DNA from: Blastocatellia bacterium | Lineage (GTDB): Bacteria > Acidobacteriota > Blastocatellia > HR10 | NCBI GenBank assembly: GCA_035573895.1 | Contig: DATLZR010000015.1 | Location: forward strand, 7,387 to 71,386 | DNA: 64,000 nucleotides | Reading direction: 5' to 3' | In this document: positions 38,422-50,053 of the stretch, in pieces | How positions within the stretch are numbered: the first letter of the stretch is position 1 | Layout: every line of letters begins with the position of its first letter | Notes under the pieces: model-generated | The model's input: only the letters and a program-made list of their open reading frames with translations | Told to the model about the DNA's origin: nothing | Databases searched by the model: none | Program-made: the position numbers and the translations under genes

Positions 38422-40590
38422 TCAGTTGGAGGGTGGCGGTGTCGGTGGCTGTGGCGTCAGCTTGCGAATTCGATGATTGAAGGTATCGGCCAGGATGAGG
38501 TTCCCCTGAGGATCGAGCGCGAGCGCCGTGGGGAAATTGATCGTCGCGAGAGCCGCTCCCAACCCATCGCCACCGAATCCTGGCGTCCCCGAGCCGACGA
38601 ACGTCGAGATATTGCCCGTCGCGTCCACCCGGCGAACGCGATGATTGGCCGAATCGGCGATGAAGACGTTCCCCTTTGCATCAGCGATGAGACCGAACGG
38701 GGTGTTGAGTTCCGCCGCTCCTGCCGCCCCGCCATCTCCGCTGAAAGCCGGAGTTCCCTTCCCCGCGAAGGTCGAGATCTTCATCGTGGAGAAATCAATC
38801 TTCCGAATTTTGTGATTGCCCGTGTCGGCGATGAGGAGATTTCCATCCTTATCGAAGGCCAGCGCCGCCGGCGTATGCAGTTGTGCTTTGTCCGCCGTAT
38901 CGTCATCGCCGCCGGACCCCCGCTCGCCCGTTCCGGCCACAGTCGTGATGATTCCCGATGCATCAACCCGACGGACTCGATTGTTTCCCGCATCGGCAAT
39001 ATAGAGGGTGCCCATCGCGTCCACCGCCACGGCCAGGGGAAACCGGAGTTGCGCCCGCACCGCCGGTTGACCATCGCCGGAAAATCCCGGCGTGCCGTTG
39101 CCAGCGACCGTCGTGATTCGACCCCAGGGATCAATGCGCCGAATGCGATGATTATTGGTATCGGCGATGTAAAGGTTTCCCTGCGGGTCAAGCGCCAGTC
39201 CCCGAGGAAAATTCAATCGAGCTTCAATCGCAGGTCCTCCATCTCCACTGAAACCGGATTGCCCCGTCCCCGCAATGGTCGTGATCGTGAGAGTCGTTCC
39301 ATCGGAGCCCTGCGACGCGACCACCTTCCGAATCCGATGATTGTTGGTATCGGCGATGTAGAGCGTTCCGGCGGAATCGCTGACGAGGCCGTAGGGGAGA
39401 TTGAGAAGCGCTGCCGTGGCCGGCCCACCGTCGCCGAGCCCGCCGCCGGCTTCGGTGCGCACGATGGCGCTGGCATCGAGCGAGCGAATTCTCTGATTGC
39501 CTAAATCGGCGATCAGGAGCTTTCCGTCAGGCGCAAGGGCGAGCGCCGCCGGAGCGTTGAACTGTGCGGCGAGGGCCGGTTGGCCGTCTCCCCCCATGCC
39601 GCGAATACCGCTGCCGGCAACCGTTGTGATGATCCCCGAAGCATCAATCCGGCGAATGCGATTATTGCCCGTATCGGCGATGAGCAGGTTACCCAGGGTA
39701 TCGAACAAAAGACCCAGCGGCGCATTCAACCCGGCAGCCGTCGCCGGTCCACCGTCTCCGGAGAAGATGGGGAAGCCCGTCCCGGCGACCGTCGTGATTT
39801 TTCCCGCCGAGACCCGGCGAATGCGATTGTTGCCCGTATCGGCGATGTAGAGATCACCGGTGCTCGACACGGCGACGGCAATGGGTGTGTTGAGCCGCGC
39901 TTTGGTCGCATCTTCGCCATCGCCGGCAAATCCTTTGATTCCGTCACCGGCGATCGTCGTAATTCTCAGCGTCCCATCAATCTGACGAATGCGGTGATTG
40001 CCCGTATCGGCGATGTAGATGTTGCCCGAGGCATCAACGGCGATTCCGCGCGGACCGTTCAACTGCGCATCTTTGGCCGGCCCTCCATCCCCGGCAAAAC
40101 CGGACGGCCCTGATCCGGCGAGAGTGTTGATGACGACTTTGTCTTCCATCTTCTCCAGCCGGCGAATGCGATTGTTGCCCGTATCGGCGATGAGGAGATT
40201 GCCGTCCTTATCAAAGGCCAGCCCGCGCGGAAAGCGGAGCTGCGCCAGCTCGGGCGGGCCGCCATCACCGGAGAATCCCTCAACGCCCGTTCCCACCACC
40301 GTGGTGATGGTGCCGTTCGGATCAATCTTTCGCACGCGATGATTTTCGGTATCGGCGATGAAGATATTTCCCATCGCATCAACGGCGAGGGCCGACGGTC
40401 CGGCCAGACTCGCCACCCGCGCCGGAAGGCCATCCCCGATGCCTCCCCCCACGATCGTCGTGATGTTGAAGGTGGTCGGTTGCTCTTCCTGAGCCGAAAT
40501 CGGACGCCGTCCCGACGCGAACACGATGAGACAAAAAATCACCGTCGTCGTCAGACTCGTTCTCACGAGTGATGCTCGATCACTCCTCAT
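38422..40590 (-). CDS. Secreted NHL-repeat beta-propeller protein (about 14 repeats)
   Basis: 722 aa. Signal peptide. Many tandem units of the form GxxGFSGDGGPA..A.LxxPxGLAxDxxGNLYIADTGNHRIRKI. Confidence 0.85.
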   Translation of the reverse strand: MRSDRASLVRTSLTTTVIFCLIVFASGRRPISAQEEQPTTFNITTIVGGGIGDGLPARVASLAGPSALAVDAMGNIFIADTENHRVRKIDPNGTITTVVGTGVEGFSGDGGPPELAQLRFPRGLAFDKDGNLLIADTGNNRIRRLEKMEDKVVINTLAGSGPSGFAGDGGPAKDAQLNGPRGIAVDASGNIYIADTGNHRIRQIDGTLRITTIAGDGIKGFAGDGEDATKARLNTPIAVAVSSTGDLYIADTGNNRIRRVSAGKITTVAGTGFPIFSGDGGPATAAGLNAPLGLLFDTLGNLLIADTGNNRIRRIDASGIITTVAGSGIRGMGGDGQPALAAQFNAPAALALAPDGKLLIADLGNQRIRSLDASAIVRTEAGGGLGDGGPATAALLNLPYGLVSDSAGTLYIADTNNHRIRKVVASQGSDGTTLTITTIAGTGQSGFSGDGGPAIEARLNFPRGLALDPQGNLYIADTNNHRIRRIDPWGRITTVAGNGTPGFSGDGQPAVRAQLRFPLAVAVDAMGTLYIADAGNNRVRRVDASGIITTVAGTGERGSGGDDDTADKAQLHTPAALAFDKDGNLLIADTGNHKIRKIDFSTMKISTFAGKGTPAFSGDGGAAGAAELNTPFGLIADAKGNVFIADSANHRVRRVDATGNISTFVGSGTPGFGGDGLGAALATINFPTALALDPQGNLILADTFNHRIRKLTPQPPTPPPSN

Positions 40591-40607
40591 TGCTCACCCC
40601 TCCCCGT

Positions 40608-42293
40608 TCAGAGGCGAAATCCGAAGAGCACAAACACCGCTCCGTTATTGAATTTCGTGGCGGCGCTGGCATTGGGCGCACTGAGCAATAAATCCACACG
40701 GCCATCGGCATCCACGTCCCCGAAGGCGACGAAGGCCCCCAATTGATCGCTGGCGGCAGCGCCCAGGATAAAAGCATCCGGTTGAACCATCGCCTCACCG
40801 CCGACGTCGAGCGTCGTGCCGCTTGTGCGAAGACGCCCATCGAGGAAGATGTAGACCTCACCGGATTCAGCGCGTTCGTTCTTGTCACCATCAGCGGTGG
40901 GAGCACCGATGAGCAAATCCGGGAGCTGATTTCCGTTGACATCACCGACGGCGAGCGCCGTTCCCATTTCGTCTCCCGCTTCGGCGCCGAAGATGCGGAC
41001 ATCGGCCGCCGGACCCGCCTGACCGAGGACATCGCGGACCGCACCGGTCTTCATCTCCGCGCCGCCGAAAAAGATATAGACCTCGCCGGCGCTCGCCCGC
41101 TTGGCTTCCGGACCGTCGGCTTGAACGGCACCGACGATGACATCATCCGCGCCATCGCCGGTGACATCGGCCACCAGAAGGGTGAAGCCGAAGAGATCTT
41201 CCTTGACTCCTCCATAGAGGATGACATCCGCGCCCTGGGGTGTCGCCGATGCGAGGTCGCGCACGCCGCCGCGCCGAAGATCAGGACTGCCGAGAACGAT
41301 GTAGACTTCGCCCGCATTCGTGCGTTCGGTGTTGGGCCCGTCACCCAGAGGGGCGCTGACGACGATGTCGGGGAGCCGATCTCCATTGACATCTCCGACG
41401 GCAACCTGAAATCCGAAGAATCCGAGAACGCTCGGCCCCAGGATCACCAGATCGGCGCCTTGAGGGGGACTTGCCGCCAGATCACGAAACTGGCCGCTGG
41501 TCATCGTGCGCCCGCCAAAGAGCGCATAGATGGTGCCTGCCAGAAAGCGCGTCCCCTGGGGGGAAGCATTGGCCGAGGCCGCCACGATATCCTGAATGCC
41601 GTCGCCGGTGAGATCGGTCAGAGCCAGCGAGGAACCGAGATGATCTTCGGTTTCTGCGCCGAAGATGATGAGGTCGGCGCCGGGAGCCACGATACCGGCC
41701 ATATCGCGGCGCGTTCCCGGCACGAGATGCGGCCCGCCATAAATGACGTAGATGCGCCCGGCGTGCGTCCGCGCATCCGGCAACCCCGCTGCTCGTGGGG
41801 CCCCGATAATGATGTCGGCAATTCCATCCCCCGTGACATCACCCGTCGCCAGAGATACGCCAAACCGATCATCGCTCTCCGCACCCACAATCACCACGTC
41901 GGCTCGCGCTGCCAGATCAACCGTACGACTGGTCGCCAGATCAATTCCTCCGAAGACGACGTAGACCGCCCCCACATCGAACCGGACGTTCACCGCATCG
42001 TTGGCCAGAGGCGCGGCAGCCACCACATCGGGCAACCCATCGCCGTTGACATCGGCGATGGAGACCCGAGCGAGTTGATCGCTGCTTATGGCCCCGGCAA
42101 TCGTCAGGCTGACGGTGCCCGCCGTGGACAGGTCAATCTTTTTGGGCTGCGGCGCTTCCTGAGCCCGAACCGACAAAAACCGTGGTCCAGGCGAAAGGAG
42201 AACCAATAAAAACATCACCGGCAGCGTCCGAGCGACTCTCGCTCGACGCAGCTCCCGCAGGGGGAAGAGAGGGGTTACGTCTTGTCGTGGCAT
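40608..42293 (-). CDS. Secreted FG-GAP/integrin-alpha-like repeat protein
   Basis: 561 aa. Signal peptide. Repeated VGDVNGDGxxDxxVGAP...GxVYVxFG units. Confidence 0.8.
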   Translation of the reverse strand: MPRQDVTPLFPLRELRRARVARTLPVMFLLVLLSPGPRFLSVRAQEAPQPKKIDLSTAGTVSLTIAGAISSDQLARVSIADVNGDGLPDVVAAAPLANDAVNVRFDVGAVYVVFGGIDLATSRTVDLAARADVVIVGAESDDRFGVSLATGDVTGDGIADIIIGAPRAAGLPDARTHAGRIYVIYGGPHLVPGTRRDMAGIVAPGADLIIFGAETEDHLGSSLALTDLTGDGIQDIVAASANASPQGTRFLAGTIYALFGGRTMTSGQFRDLAASPPQGADLVILGPSVLGFFGFQVAVGDVNGDRLPDIVVSAPLGDGPNTERTNAGEVYIVLGSPDLRRGGVRDLASATPQGADVILYGGVKEDLFGFTLLVADVTGDGADDVIVGAVQADGPEAKRASAGEVYIFFGGAEMKTGAVRDVLGQAGPAADVRIFGAEAGDEMGTALAVGDVNGNQLPDLLIGAPTADGDKNERAESGEVYIFLDGRLRTSGTTLDVGGEAMVQPDAFILGAAASDQLGAFVAFGDVDADGRVDLLLSAPNASAATKFNNGAVFVLFGFRL

Positions 42294-42760
42294 CTGACAA
42301 AATCTCCCGATCGTCCACCGGTCTTCTTCTCCAGTTGAAGATCGGTGATGGTCATGGTCTTATCAATCGCCTTACACATATCGTAGACGGTCAAGGCCGC
42401 GACGGCAGCGGCCATGAGGGCTTCCATCTCCACGCCGGTTGGCCCGGTCGTCGTCACCGACGAGAGGATGGCCACGCCATCATCCCGGAGCTGAAGCTCC
42501 ACATCAACGTGCGTGAGCAGGAGCGGATGGCACAGAGGTATCAATTCGGCCGTCCGCTTGGCCGCCATGATTCCCGCCAGCCGGGCCGTTTCCAGGGGAT
42601 CGCCTTTTGGTGTTCGGCCAGTGCGAATAGCCTGCACGGCCTCCGAAGACATGTGCACGAAGCCGCTGGCCTGCGCCGTGCGCACGGTGGGCGGTTTGGT
42701 CGTCACATCCACCATGCGGGCGCGACCTTCGGCATCAACGTGTGTCAGCTCACGGCGCAT
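42275..42760 (-). CDS. moaC: Cyclic pyranopterin monophosphate synthase MoaC
   Basis: 161 aa. [39 protein letters not shown]. Confidence 0.92.
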   Translation of the reverse strand: MRRELTHVDAEGRARMVDVTTKPPTVRTAQASGFVHMSSEAVQAIRTGRTPKGDPLETARLAGIMAAKRTAELIPLCHPLLLTHVDVELQLRDDGVAILSSVTTTGPTGVEMEALMAAAVAALTVYDMCKAIDKTMTITDLQLEKKTGGRSGDFVRCHDKT

Positions 42761-43974
42761 GATGTCCCCGGCAAAAGAAGCGTCCGGCAGATCGTCCCCT
42801 GTGAGAGCATCATGACCTCCTCCGGCACAACGATCAATGCATTGGCCGAGACGAAGGCGACGAAATCCGAGCTACCGCCCCAGCGCAGCGGGTGCACGCG
42901 GACCTCACCGGATTCAATCGTGAGCCGCCCCGGCAGATAACTCCGCCGATCAGGGGCGCGTCGCACATCGCCGAGGAGCCGGGCCTGGACAACGGGCAGA
43001 AATCGCTCACGCGCTCCCATCATCTGCCGCAGCGCCGGATAAACGAAGAGCAAAAACGTCACCGCCACCGACACCGGGTTCCCCGGCAACGCGAAAACGG
43101 GTTTGCCTTCCAGAAGGGCAAACACCGTCGGCTTCCCCGGATGCACGCACACTTTCTCGAAGAAAATCGTCGCCCCCAGCCGACCCAGTGCCGCTTTCAC
43201 CAGGTCATAATTGCCCATCGAAACGCCGCCGGTGAGGACGAGAACATCTACTTCTCGGAGAGCACGGGCGATGATTTCCGCCGTAATTCTCTCATCGTCA
43301 ACGACCATGCCGAAGCATCGCGGGCACGCTCCGGCGAGTTGAACATACGCGGCGACGGAGAAACTGTTACTGTCACGAATCTGGGAGGGGGAGGGCACGA
43401 CATCAACGGGAACAAGTTCGGATCCCGTCGAGATGATGCCCACCACCGGGCGACGAGCCACCGTGACGCGAGCGCAGCCGAAGGAAGCGAGCACGGCCAT
43501 CTCGGGCGGGCCGATCACCGTTCCCGATCGGAGAACGACATCACCCCGCCGCGCTTCGCTGCCCCGCGAGGTCACATTCTCACCGACGCGCACGGGCTGC
43601 CGAATCGTCACCCAGGATTCATTGGCGTCGCACGCTTCGATCTTTTGCACGGCATCGGCTCCAGCAGGCAGAGGAGCACCCGTCATGATCCGCACGGCCT
43701 CGCCGGAATTGACCGTCCCGGTGAAGGATGAACCCGCCGCCACTTCGCCGATGATGCGCAATCGAGCGGGAACCGTGGTCGCGTCAGCAGCCCGAAGGGC
43801 AAAACCATCCATCCGCGCGCGATCAAACGGCGGCATGTCAATATCTGCGACGACATCCTGAGCGAGCACCCGGCCCGAGGCCTCGCCAAGCGGAATTTCC
43901 TCGAGCGAGTGCGTCATGATCTTCTCCGAGATGATCGCCTGCGCCGCCTCAACGGAGATCATGGCCGAAACCAT
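42745..43974 (-). CDS. moeA: Molybdopterin molybdotransferase MoeA
   Basis: 409 aa. MoeA N, MoCF-binding (GGVSMG) and C-terminal domains. Confidence 0.9.
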   Translation of the reverse strand: MVSAMISVEAAQAIISEKIMTHSLEEIPLGEASGRVLAQDVVADIDMPPFDRARMDGFALRAADATTVPARLRIIGEVAAGSSFTGTVNSGEAVRIMTGAPLPAGADAVQKIEACDANESWVTIRQPVRVGENVTSRGSEARRGDVVLRSGTVIGPPEMAVLASFGCARVTVARRPVVGIISTGSELVPVDVVPSPSQIRDSNSFSVAAYVQLAGACPRCFGMVVDDERITAEIIARALREVDVLVLTGGVSMGNYDLVKAALGRLGATIFFEKVCVHPGKPTVFALLEGKPVFALPGNPVSVAVTFLLFVYPALRQMMGARERFLPVVQARLLGDVRRAPDRRSYLPGRLTIESGEVRVHPLRWGGSSDFVAFVSANALIVVPEEVMMLSQGTICRTLLLPGTSCAVS

Positions 43975-44071
43975 AGCAAATCAAGCGGGTCACAGCAAGT
44001 CAGACGGCCGTGCCCGCTTCCCCTGCCGTTGCGCCGATCGCGCTCATCGTGTCTCCGTTTCAGCACTCGCG

Positions 44072-45451
44072 TCATCCGAAGCCCGCCCGGGATAAGAGCT
44101 GACGGGCTTTCTTTCGATGGGCCTGGACGATCAGGGGGAGATCAATTGTCAGAAGTTGCCCTTCGGAAACGACGCGACGTCCGTTGATGATGAGCGTCTC
44201 CACCGGAGTGGGATGACACAGGACCAATGCCGCCACCGGATCGGCCGCTCCCGAATACTCCAGGCGATTGAGGGAGAAAACCGCCACATCCGCGACGTTG
44301 CCCGGCACGAGCCGCCCGATGTCGTCACGGCCGAGGCAGCGCGCGCCACCCACCGTGGCCAGCCAGAGGGCCTCGTGGATGGTCATGGCTTTGGCTCCAT
44401 AACCCAGACGGGCGAGCAACACGGCCTGCCGGACTTCGGCCAGCATGTTCGAGGAATCATTCGAGGCGCTGCCGTCCACACCGAGCCCGACGGGACATCC
44501 CGCGTGACGAAGCTCCTTCACACGGCAGAGCCCGGAGCCAAGACGCATGTTCGACGTCGGACAGTGGGCAATGCCCACGCCCGCCCGGCCTAATCGGAGA
44601 ACCTCTTCATCGGTGAAGTGAATCCCATGCGCCAGCCACACGTCCTCGCCCATCCACTCCAGCTTTTCCAGATAGTCGAGTGGTCGGCAGCCGAATCGTT
44701 TTTGGCAGTAGGTCTCTTCATCTTTGGTCTCGGCCAGGTGAGTGTGAAGACGAACCCCCAGGGCGCGGGCCAGTCGGGCGGTCTCGCGCATCAGCTGCGG
44801 GCTCACGTTAAACGGAGCACACGGAGCCAGAGCGACGCGCGTCATCGCCCCCGGGCGCGGATCGTGATAGGTCTCAACCACCCGCTGACAGTCCGCCAGA
44901 ATGGTATCGTCATCTTCGACCACGGAATCGGGAGGAAGCCCGCCATCCTTCTGACCGAGACTCATCGAACCGCGCGTGGCGTGAAAGCGCATGCCGATCT
45001 CCCGCGCTGCTTCGATCTCCACATCAATGAGGCGCGTCCGCCCGCGCGGAAAGAGATAATGATGATCCGATGTCGTCGTGCATCCCGAGAGCAAGAGTTC
45101 GGCCATCGCCACAAGGGCGCTCAGACGAACGGCCTCCTCATCAATGTGAGCCCAGACGGGATACTGGCTCACCAGCCACTCGAATAAGCCCGCATTGAGC
45201 GCCGGAGGAAAGGCTCGCGTCAGCGTTTGGAAGAAATGGTGATGGACATTGATCAATCCTGGCGTAACGACCCTGTCCCGGGCGTCAATCACCTCGTCAT
45301 CCTCGGTCAGGGCGACGTCTCCCTGGCCAACCGCGCGAATCCACCCCTCCTCGATGACCAGGTAGCCATCGTGAATCACCTCGCGCCCCGGTTCCATTGT
45401 CACCAGAGCCTGCGCGTGGCGAATCACAAGCCTGCGATGTCCGCCGGGCAT
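44072..45451 (-). CDS. Amidohydrolase, ATZ/TRZ-SsnA/guanine-8-oxoguanine deaminase-like
   Basis: 459 aa. PGLINVHHHFFQTL metal-binding HxH, conserved distal His/Asp. Confidence 0.75.
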   Translation of the reverse strand: MPGGHRRLVIRHAQALVTMEPGREVIHDGYLVIEEGWIRAVGQGDVALTEDDEVIDARDRVVTPGLINVHHHFFQTLTRAFPPALNAGLFEWLVSQYPVWAHIDEEAVRLSALVAMAELLLSGCTTTSDHHYLFPRGRTRLIDVEIEAAREIGMRFHATRGSMSLGQKDGGLPPDSVVEDDDTILADCQRVVETYHDPRPGAMTRVALAPCAPFNVSPQLMRETARLARALGVRLHTHLAETKDEETYCQKRFGCRPLDYLEKLEWMGEDVWLAHGIHFTDEEVLRLGRAGVGIAHCPTSNMRLGSGLCRVKELRHAGCPVGLGVDGSASNDSSNMLAEVRQAVLLARLGYGAKAMTIHEALWLATVGGARCLGRDDIGRLVPGNVADVAVFSLNRLEYSGAADPVAALVLCHPTPVETLIINGRRVVSEGQLLTIDLPLIVQAHRKKARQLLSRAGFG

Positions 45452-45773
45452 CGTGTCACCTCAGGAAATACTCAAGAGCCACCATACCAAGAAAAACCCT
45501 GACGCGCCACCAGCGGAGCCGGAATTTCCCGCCGCGCTGGTATCAGCGCCCTCCCATCGCGGCAGATCCCCCCACCAGCAATGGAGCCCGTGCTGCGAAA
45601 AACGAGGGCAAAGGCGCAGCGCATAACCCCGGCGATGGCACGGCCTTTCTTCGCCTCTTTCGAGGCACGAAGATGGGCTGGGGCCGACTCTCTTCGGCCC
45701 GCCGTTTCGGGTGTCTGAGAGCAACATCGAGATTCTGGAAGATCAACATCGGAGCGAGCGATGGAGCGGGTGG

Positions 45774-47165
45774 CTATTGCTTGAGCGCCGCTCCCACAGC
45801 AATCAGGATCGGATCCCAGACGGGAGCGAAGGGAGGAGCGTAACTCAGATCGAGATAGGCCATCTGTTCCAGCGTCAAGCGCGCGTGAAGGGCGGTGGCG
45901 AAAACATCAATGCGCTTGGCCGCTCCCTCCCGACCGACGATCTGCGCCCCCAAAACCCGATGGCTCTCTTCATCAAAGACAAGCGCGATCGTCAGCGGCG
46001 CGGCTCCGGGATAATATCCGGCGCGCGAGGACGCCGTCACCGTGACGGACCTCGCCTTGAAGCCGCTTTTTTGTGCCTCGGCCAGAGACAATCCCGTTCG
46101 CGCCACTTCCAGATCGAAGACCTTCACCACGGCCGTTCCCACGACGCCGGGAAACGTCGCTCGCCGACCGGCGACATTGTCCCCCGCGACCTTCCCCTGC
46201 TTATTTGCCGCCGGACCGAGAGGTATCCAGGTGGGCCGTCCCGTCACCAGATGTTTTGTCTCCGAGCAATCGCCGACGGCGTAGACGCCGATGACGTTTG
46301 TCTCCTGGCGGTCATCAACGGCGATGGCTCCCGTCGGCCCCAGCGCGATTCCCGCCTCGCGGGCGAGATCCACATTGGGACGAATTCCGACACCAATCAC
46401 CACAAGATCGGTTTCGATGCGCTCTCCCTGTGAGGTGATAACCTGTCGCACACGTTGCGCGGCATCGCCGTCGAAAGCGAGCGCTTTCGTCGCTAACAGT
46501 AACCGCACCCCTTTGGCCGCCAGCTCCTCCTCGATGAGTCGGCTCACGTCCGGTTCCGTCAACCCGCCGAGCACGCGGTCGAGCGCCTCGATGAGCGTCA
46601 CCCGAAGACCTCGCGCCACCAGCGCCTCGGCCATTTCCAGGCCGATATATCCCGCTCCCAGAATCACCGCTCGCCGGGGCTGCTCCCGAACGAGCATCTC
46701 CTGAAGGCGCAGGCCATCGGTCAGACTGCGGAGCACGAAAATATTTTGCAGCTCGATGCCGGGCAGCGGCGGACGGAGGGGAACGGCCCCCGTCGCAATG
46801 ACGAGGCGATCATAGCCAATTTTGCTCGTCTCACCCGTCTCCCGGTCACGCGCGATCACCACACGTTCGCCCGGGCGAATCTCGACGGCTTCCGTGCGGG
46901 TGCGCACGTCAATGCCACGCTGCTGGCGAAAATAGTCCGGCGTGTAGACGATGAGTTGTTGATAATCGGGAACCACGCCGGCGATCCAGTACGGCAGGCC
47001 GCAGGCTCCGTAGGAAACGAAGCGATCCCGTTCCAGCACGATGACGTCGAGATCGGGATTCACTCGCTTCGCTCGCGTCGCCGCCGACATGCCTCCGGCG
47101 ACGCCGCCGATGACCAGAATCCGCCCATCTGATCGGGATCTCGTCATAGGGAGAGATGTCCTCAC
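45774..47165 (-). CDS. FAD-dependent pyridine nucleotide-disulfide oxidoreductase, CoA-disulfide reductase/NADH oxidase-peroxidase class
   Basis: 463 aa. ILVIGGVAGG FAD motif, single redox Cys in SYGACGLPY, second Rossmann fold. The start could be the internal ATG at 47147. Confidence 0.75.
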   Translation of the reverse strand: MRTSLPMTRSRSDGRILVIGGVAGGMSAATRAKRVNPDLDVIVLERDRFVSYGACGLPYWIAGVVPDYQQLIVYTPDYFRQQRGIDVRTRTEAVEIRPGERVVIARDRETGETSKIGYDRLVIATGAVPLRPPLPGIELQNIFVLRSLTDGLRLQEMLVREQPRRAVILGAGYIGLEMAEALVARGLRVTLIEALDRVLGGLTEPDVSRLIEEELAAKGVRLLLATKALAFDGDAAQRVRQVITSQGERIETDLVVIGVGIRPNVDLAREAGIALGPTGAIAVDDRQETNVIGVYAVGDCSETKHLVTGRPTWIPLGPAANKQGKVAGDNVAGRRATFPGVVGTAVVKVFDLEVARTGLSLAEAQKSGFKARSVTVTASSRAGYYPGAAPLTIALVFDEESHRVLGAQIVGREGAAKRIDVFATALHARLTLEQMAYLDLSYAPPFAPVWDPILIAVGAALKQ

Positions 47166-47569
47166 TCGCGACCGGGTTCTCCCAGCAGGTGGCGATCGAA
47201 GGGTGCGGGCAGGAGGTCACGGAGGAGGTGCGTCTGCCGCTCGCCTCGCAAATTGGCGACGATCACCACCAGATCGGGGGAGAATTCCCACAGCACCTGG
47301 CGACAGGCTCCGCAGGGAAACGTCAGCTCACCGGTGTCGGTGACGACGGCGAGTTTGCGAAAGTCGCGGATCCCTTCCGAGAGGGCCTTGAAGAGAGCGA
47401 CGCGCTCGGCGCAGATAGTCAGGCCGTAACTGGCATTCTCGACGTTGCAGCCGGTGATGACACGCCCCGACGCCGCCAGCACCGCTGCTCCCACGGCAAA
47501 CCCGGAGTAGGGCGCATAGGCTCTCTGCCGGGCGTGCATGGCCTGTTCGATCAGTTCGTCATCAGTCAT
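47162..47569 (-). CDS. cdd: Cytidine deaminase
   Basis: I chose the ATG at 47569. The longer track ORF runs to 47635. Zinc motifs CAERVALF and PCGACRQVL. Confidence 0.85.
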   Translation of the reverse strand: MTDDELIEQAMHARQRAYAPYSGFAVGAAVLAASGRVITGCNVENASYGLTICAERVALFKALSEGIRDFRKLAVVTDTGELTFPCGACRQVLWEFSPDLVVIVANLRGERQTHLLRDLLPAPFDRHLLGEPGRE

Positions 47570-47631
47570 CGGTTTGCCTTCGCACTCCCTCGCCACCGAA
47601 TGCTTCGGCCGTCGCCTCCCCATGGTTTTTC

Positions 47632-48276
47632 TCATCGCCGCGCGTCCTCGACCAGATGCCCCGCGCTCACCGCTGCCAGGTGAGACTTGATTTTCTCGAT
47701 GATGAGATCAATGCCCACCTCGTTGTAACCGCCTTCGGGGATGATGATGTCAGCATAGCGTTTGCTCGGCTCGACGAATTCCAAGTGCATGGGGCGCACG
47801 GTGCTGAGATATTGCTCGATGACTGACTCCACTGTGCGACCGCGCTCTTGAATATCGCGCACGAGCCGCCGAATGAACCGGATGTCGTCGGCTGTATCCA
47901 CGTAAATCTTCAGGTCCATGAGCGAGCGCAACCGGGGATTTTCAAAAACGAGAATGCCTTCAACGAGGATGATCGGCCTGGGTTCGATGCGTCGGCGCTC
48001 GGGCGTGCGCGTATGGACGGTGAAGTCATAGACGGGTTGTTCGATGGGTCGTCCGGCCCGCAACTCCTCAATATGCGCGATGAGCAAATCGTTATCCAAC
48101 GCATCGGGGTGATCGAAATTCATCCGATGGCGCTCAGCCAGCGGCAGATGGCTCAAATCCTTGTAATAGGAGTCCTGCTGGAGATAGACGACCTTATCCC
48201 GACCGACGGCATCGAGAATGCGCAGGGCGACGGTCGTTTTCCCCGAACCGGTACCACCACAGATTCCGATGATCAT
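47632..48276 (-). CDS. udk: Uridine kinase
   Basis: 214 aa. P-loop [12 protein letters not shown]. Matches Udk throughout. Confidence 0.9.
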   Translation of the reverse strand: MIIGICGGTGSGKTTVALRILDAVGRDKVVYLQQDSYYKDLSHLPLAERHRMNFDHPDALDNDLLIAHIEELRAGRPIEQPVYDFTVHTRTPERRRIEPRPIILVEGILVFENPRLRSLMDLKIYVDTADDIRFIRRLVRDIQERGRTVESVIEQYLSTVRPMHLEFVEPSKRYADIIIPEGGYNEVGIDLIIEKIKSHLAAVSAGHLVEDARR

Positions 48277-49130
48277 GCGAGTCTCACGACGATGCGCCGG
48301 AGCAATTCCGTCAGCATCGGCCCCACGCGTTCGGCGGCTTCCAGAACCTCCTCGTGATGGAGCGGGCGGTCCAGCACACCCGCTGCTGGATTTGTAATCA
48401 CCGAGAGGCCGAGCACCTCAAGCCCCATCTGGCGGGCGACAATGACTTCGGGAACCGTTGACATTCCGACGGCGTCCGCGCCCAGCGTGCGGAGCATCCG
48501 AATCTCGGCAGGCGTTTCGTAGCTCGGTCCGCTCACTGCCACATAGACGCCTTCCTCCAGAGCGATTCCCGCCTCCTGCGCCGCTTCCCGCGCGATCTCA
48601 CCGAGCGCCGCCGAATACGCAGAGGTCATATCGGGGAAGCGCGGCCCGAACCGCTCGTCGTTCGGTCCCCGGAGCGGATTGACTCCCATCAAATTGATAT
48701 GGTCGCGGATCAACATGAGCGAGCCGGGCCGAAACTGCCGATTGATCCCCCCAGCCGCATTCGTCACGATCAATCGGCGCACCCCCAGCAGTCCCAGAAC
48801 GCGCACGGGAAAGGTGACCTCGTTCAGATCGTACCCCTCGTAATAATGAAACCGGCCCTGCATCACTACCACCGGAACCCGGTCGAGAACGCCGAGGGCC
48901 AGTTGCCCGGCATGACCGATGACGGTCGCGCGCGGGAAATGAGGGATCTCACGGTAGGGGATGATCACGCGCTCGGCCAGACTATCGGCGAATGCGCCCA
49001 AGCCCGATCCCAGGATCACCGCCACCTTCACCTCCCGGTGACCCGATCGCTCCTTAATGACCCTGGCGGCTTCGCTCGCGCGCTCGTAAAGAGGAGCCGA
49101 TGTGATGCTCTCGTGCGACATCTCCGGCAT
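48273..49130 (-). CDS. Purine nucleoside phosphorylase (PNP/MTAP trimeric family)
   Basis: 285 aa. [38 protein letters not shown]. Confidence 0.85.
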   Translation of the reverse strand: MPEMSHESITSAPLYERASEAARVIKERSGHREVKVAVILGSGLGAFADSLAERVIIPYREIPHFPRATVIGHAGQLALGVLDRVPVVVMQGRFHYYEGYDLNEVTFPVRVLGLLGVRRLIVTNAAGGINRQFRPGSLMLIRDHINLMGVNPLRGPNDERFGPRFPDMTSAYSAALGEIAREAAQEAGIALEEGVYVAVSGPSYETPAEIRMLRTLGADAVGMSTVPEVIVARQMGLEVLGLSVITNPAAGVLDRPLHHEEVLEAAERVGPMLTELLRRIVVRLA

Positions 49131-49315
49131 GCAGTCTTCTCAGCGATTGAACGGCAAAAGATACCTTATCGCAGCCGCCGGAGCCGGTCAATGAGGACTC
49201 CCCTGCCCGACTCACGTCCACGCGGCGTGATCGCGGTCACCTCCGGCTCGTACCAGCGGCAGGAACGTCGTCTCGCCCTCGGATGACGTTGGCCGCGCAA
49301 GAGGACGGCGCGTGA

Positions 49316-49786
49316 TCAGCCCTGAAGCTGCGATAAATCCCTTAACACTTCCTCCGCGTGTTGATCCGGCTTGACCGAATCATAGACCCTGGCGATTGTT
49401 CCATCAGGGGCGATGAGGAAGGAGATCCGGTGCGTTCCCTGATATTGCCGCCCCATGAATTTCTTCGTTCCCCACGCGCCGTAGGCTTTCACGACCTCTT
49501 TCTTCTCATCGGCCAGAAGGGGGAATGGAAGTTTGTACTTGGTGGCGAATTTCTCATGGCTTTTGACGGAATCCACGCTCACGCCGAGGACCTCGGCGTT
49601 GCGAGCGCGGATCTCGGAGTAGACATCGCGGAAGGCGCAAGCTTCTTTGGTGCAGCCCGGCGTATCGTCTTTGGGATAGAAGTAGAGCAGCAGCCATCGC
49701 CCGCGATAGTCCGTCAGAGAGTGGATTTTTCCCGTTTGATCGGGCAGTGCGAAATTGGGTGCGGGGTCTCCGGGTTTCGGTTTCAT
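49316..49786 (-). CDS. bcp: Thiol peroxidase Bcp (AhpC/TSA peroxiredoxin family)
   Basis: I chose the ATG at 49786 after a GGGAGGGAGG RBS. The longer track ORF runs to 49840. YFYPKDDTPGCTKEACAF peroxidatic/resolving Cys. Confidence 0.88.
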   Translation of the reverse strand: MKPKPGDPAPNFALPDQTGKIHSLTDYRGRWLLLYFYPKDDTPGCTKEACAFRDVYSEIRARNAEVLGVSVDSVKSHEKFATKYKLPFPLLADEKKEVVKAYGAWGTKKFMGRQYQGTHRISFLIAPDGTIARVYDSVKPDQHAEEVLRDLSQLQG

Positions 49787-50053
49787 CCTCCCTCCCTTGA
49801 AAGATGATCTCTCAACGGATGAAGGGCTCCAACGGATCACTCATCCGTTGGCACCTTTCATCCGCTGGCAAACGTATTTTCGTCGTGGCATGGGTGAGCA
49901 CATGGACGATTCCTCGGAAAATGACCACGCATGGGCAGGGATCGTCTTATCCCTCCGCGCCCATCCGTGTTCATCCGTGGTGGGATTTGGAGTGCAGGCT
50001 CGTGCTCCCGCTGCGCCCTCGCAGGGGAGACATCTCTTCGACCGTCATGATGT

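Noticed and set aside
37696-39504. 602-aa + strand ORF
   Set aside because: Opposite strand of the NHL-repeat gene. It reflects repeat-driven open frames in GC-rich DNA, with no motif content.
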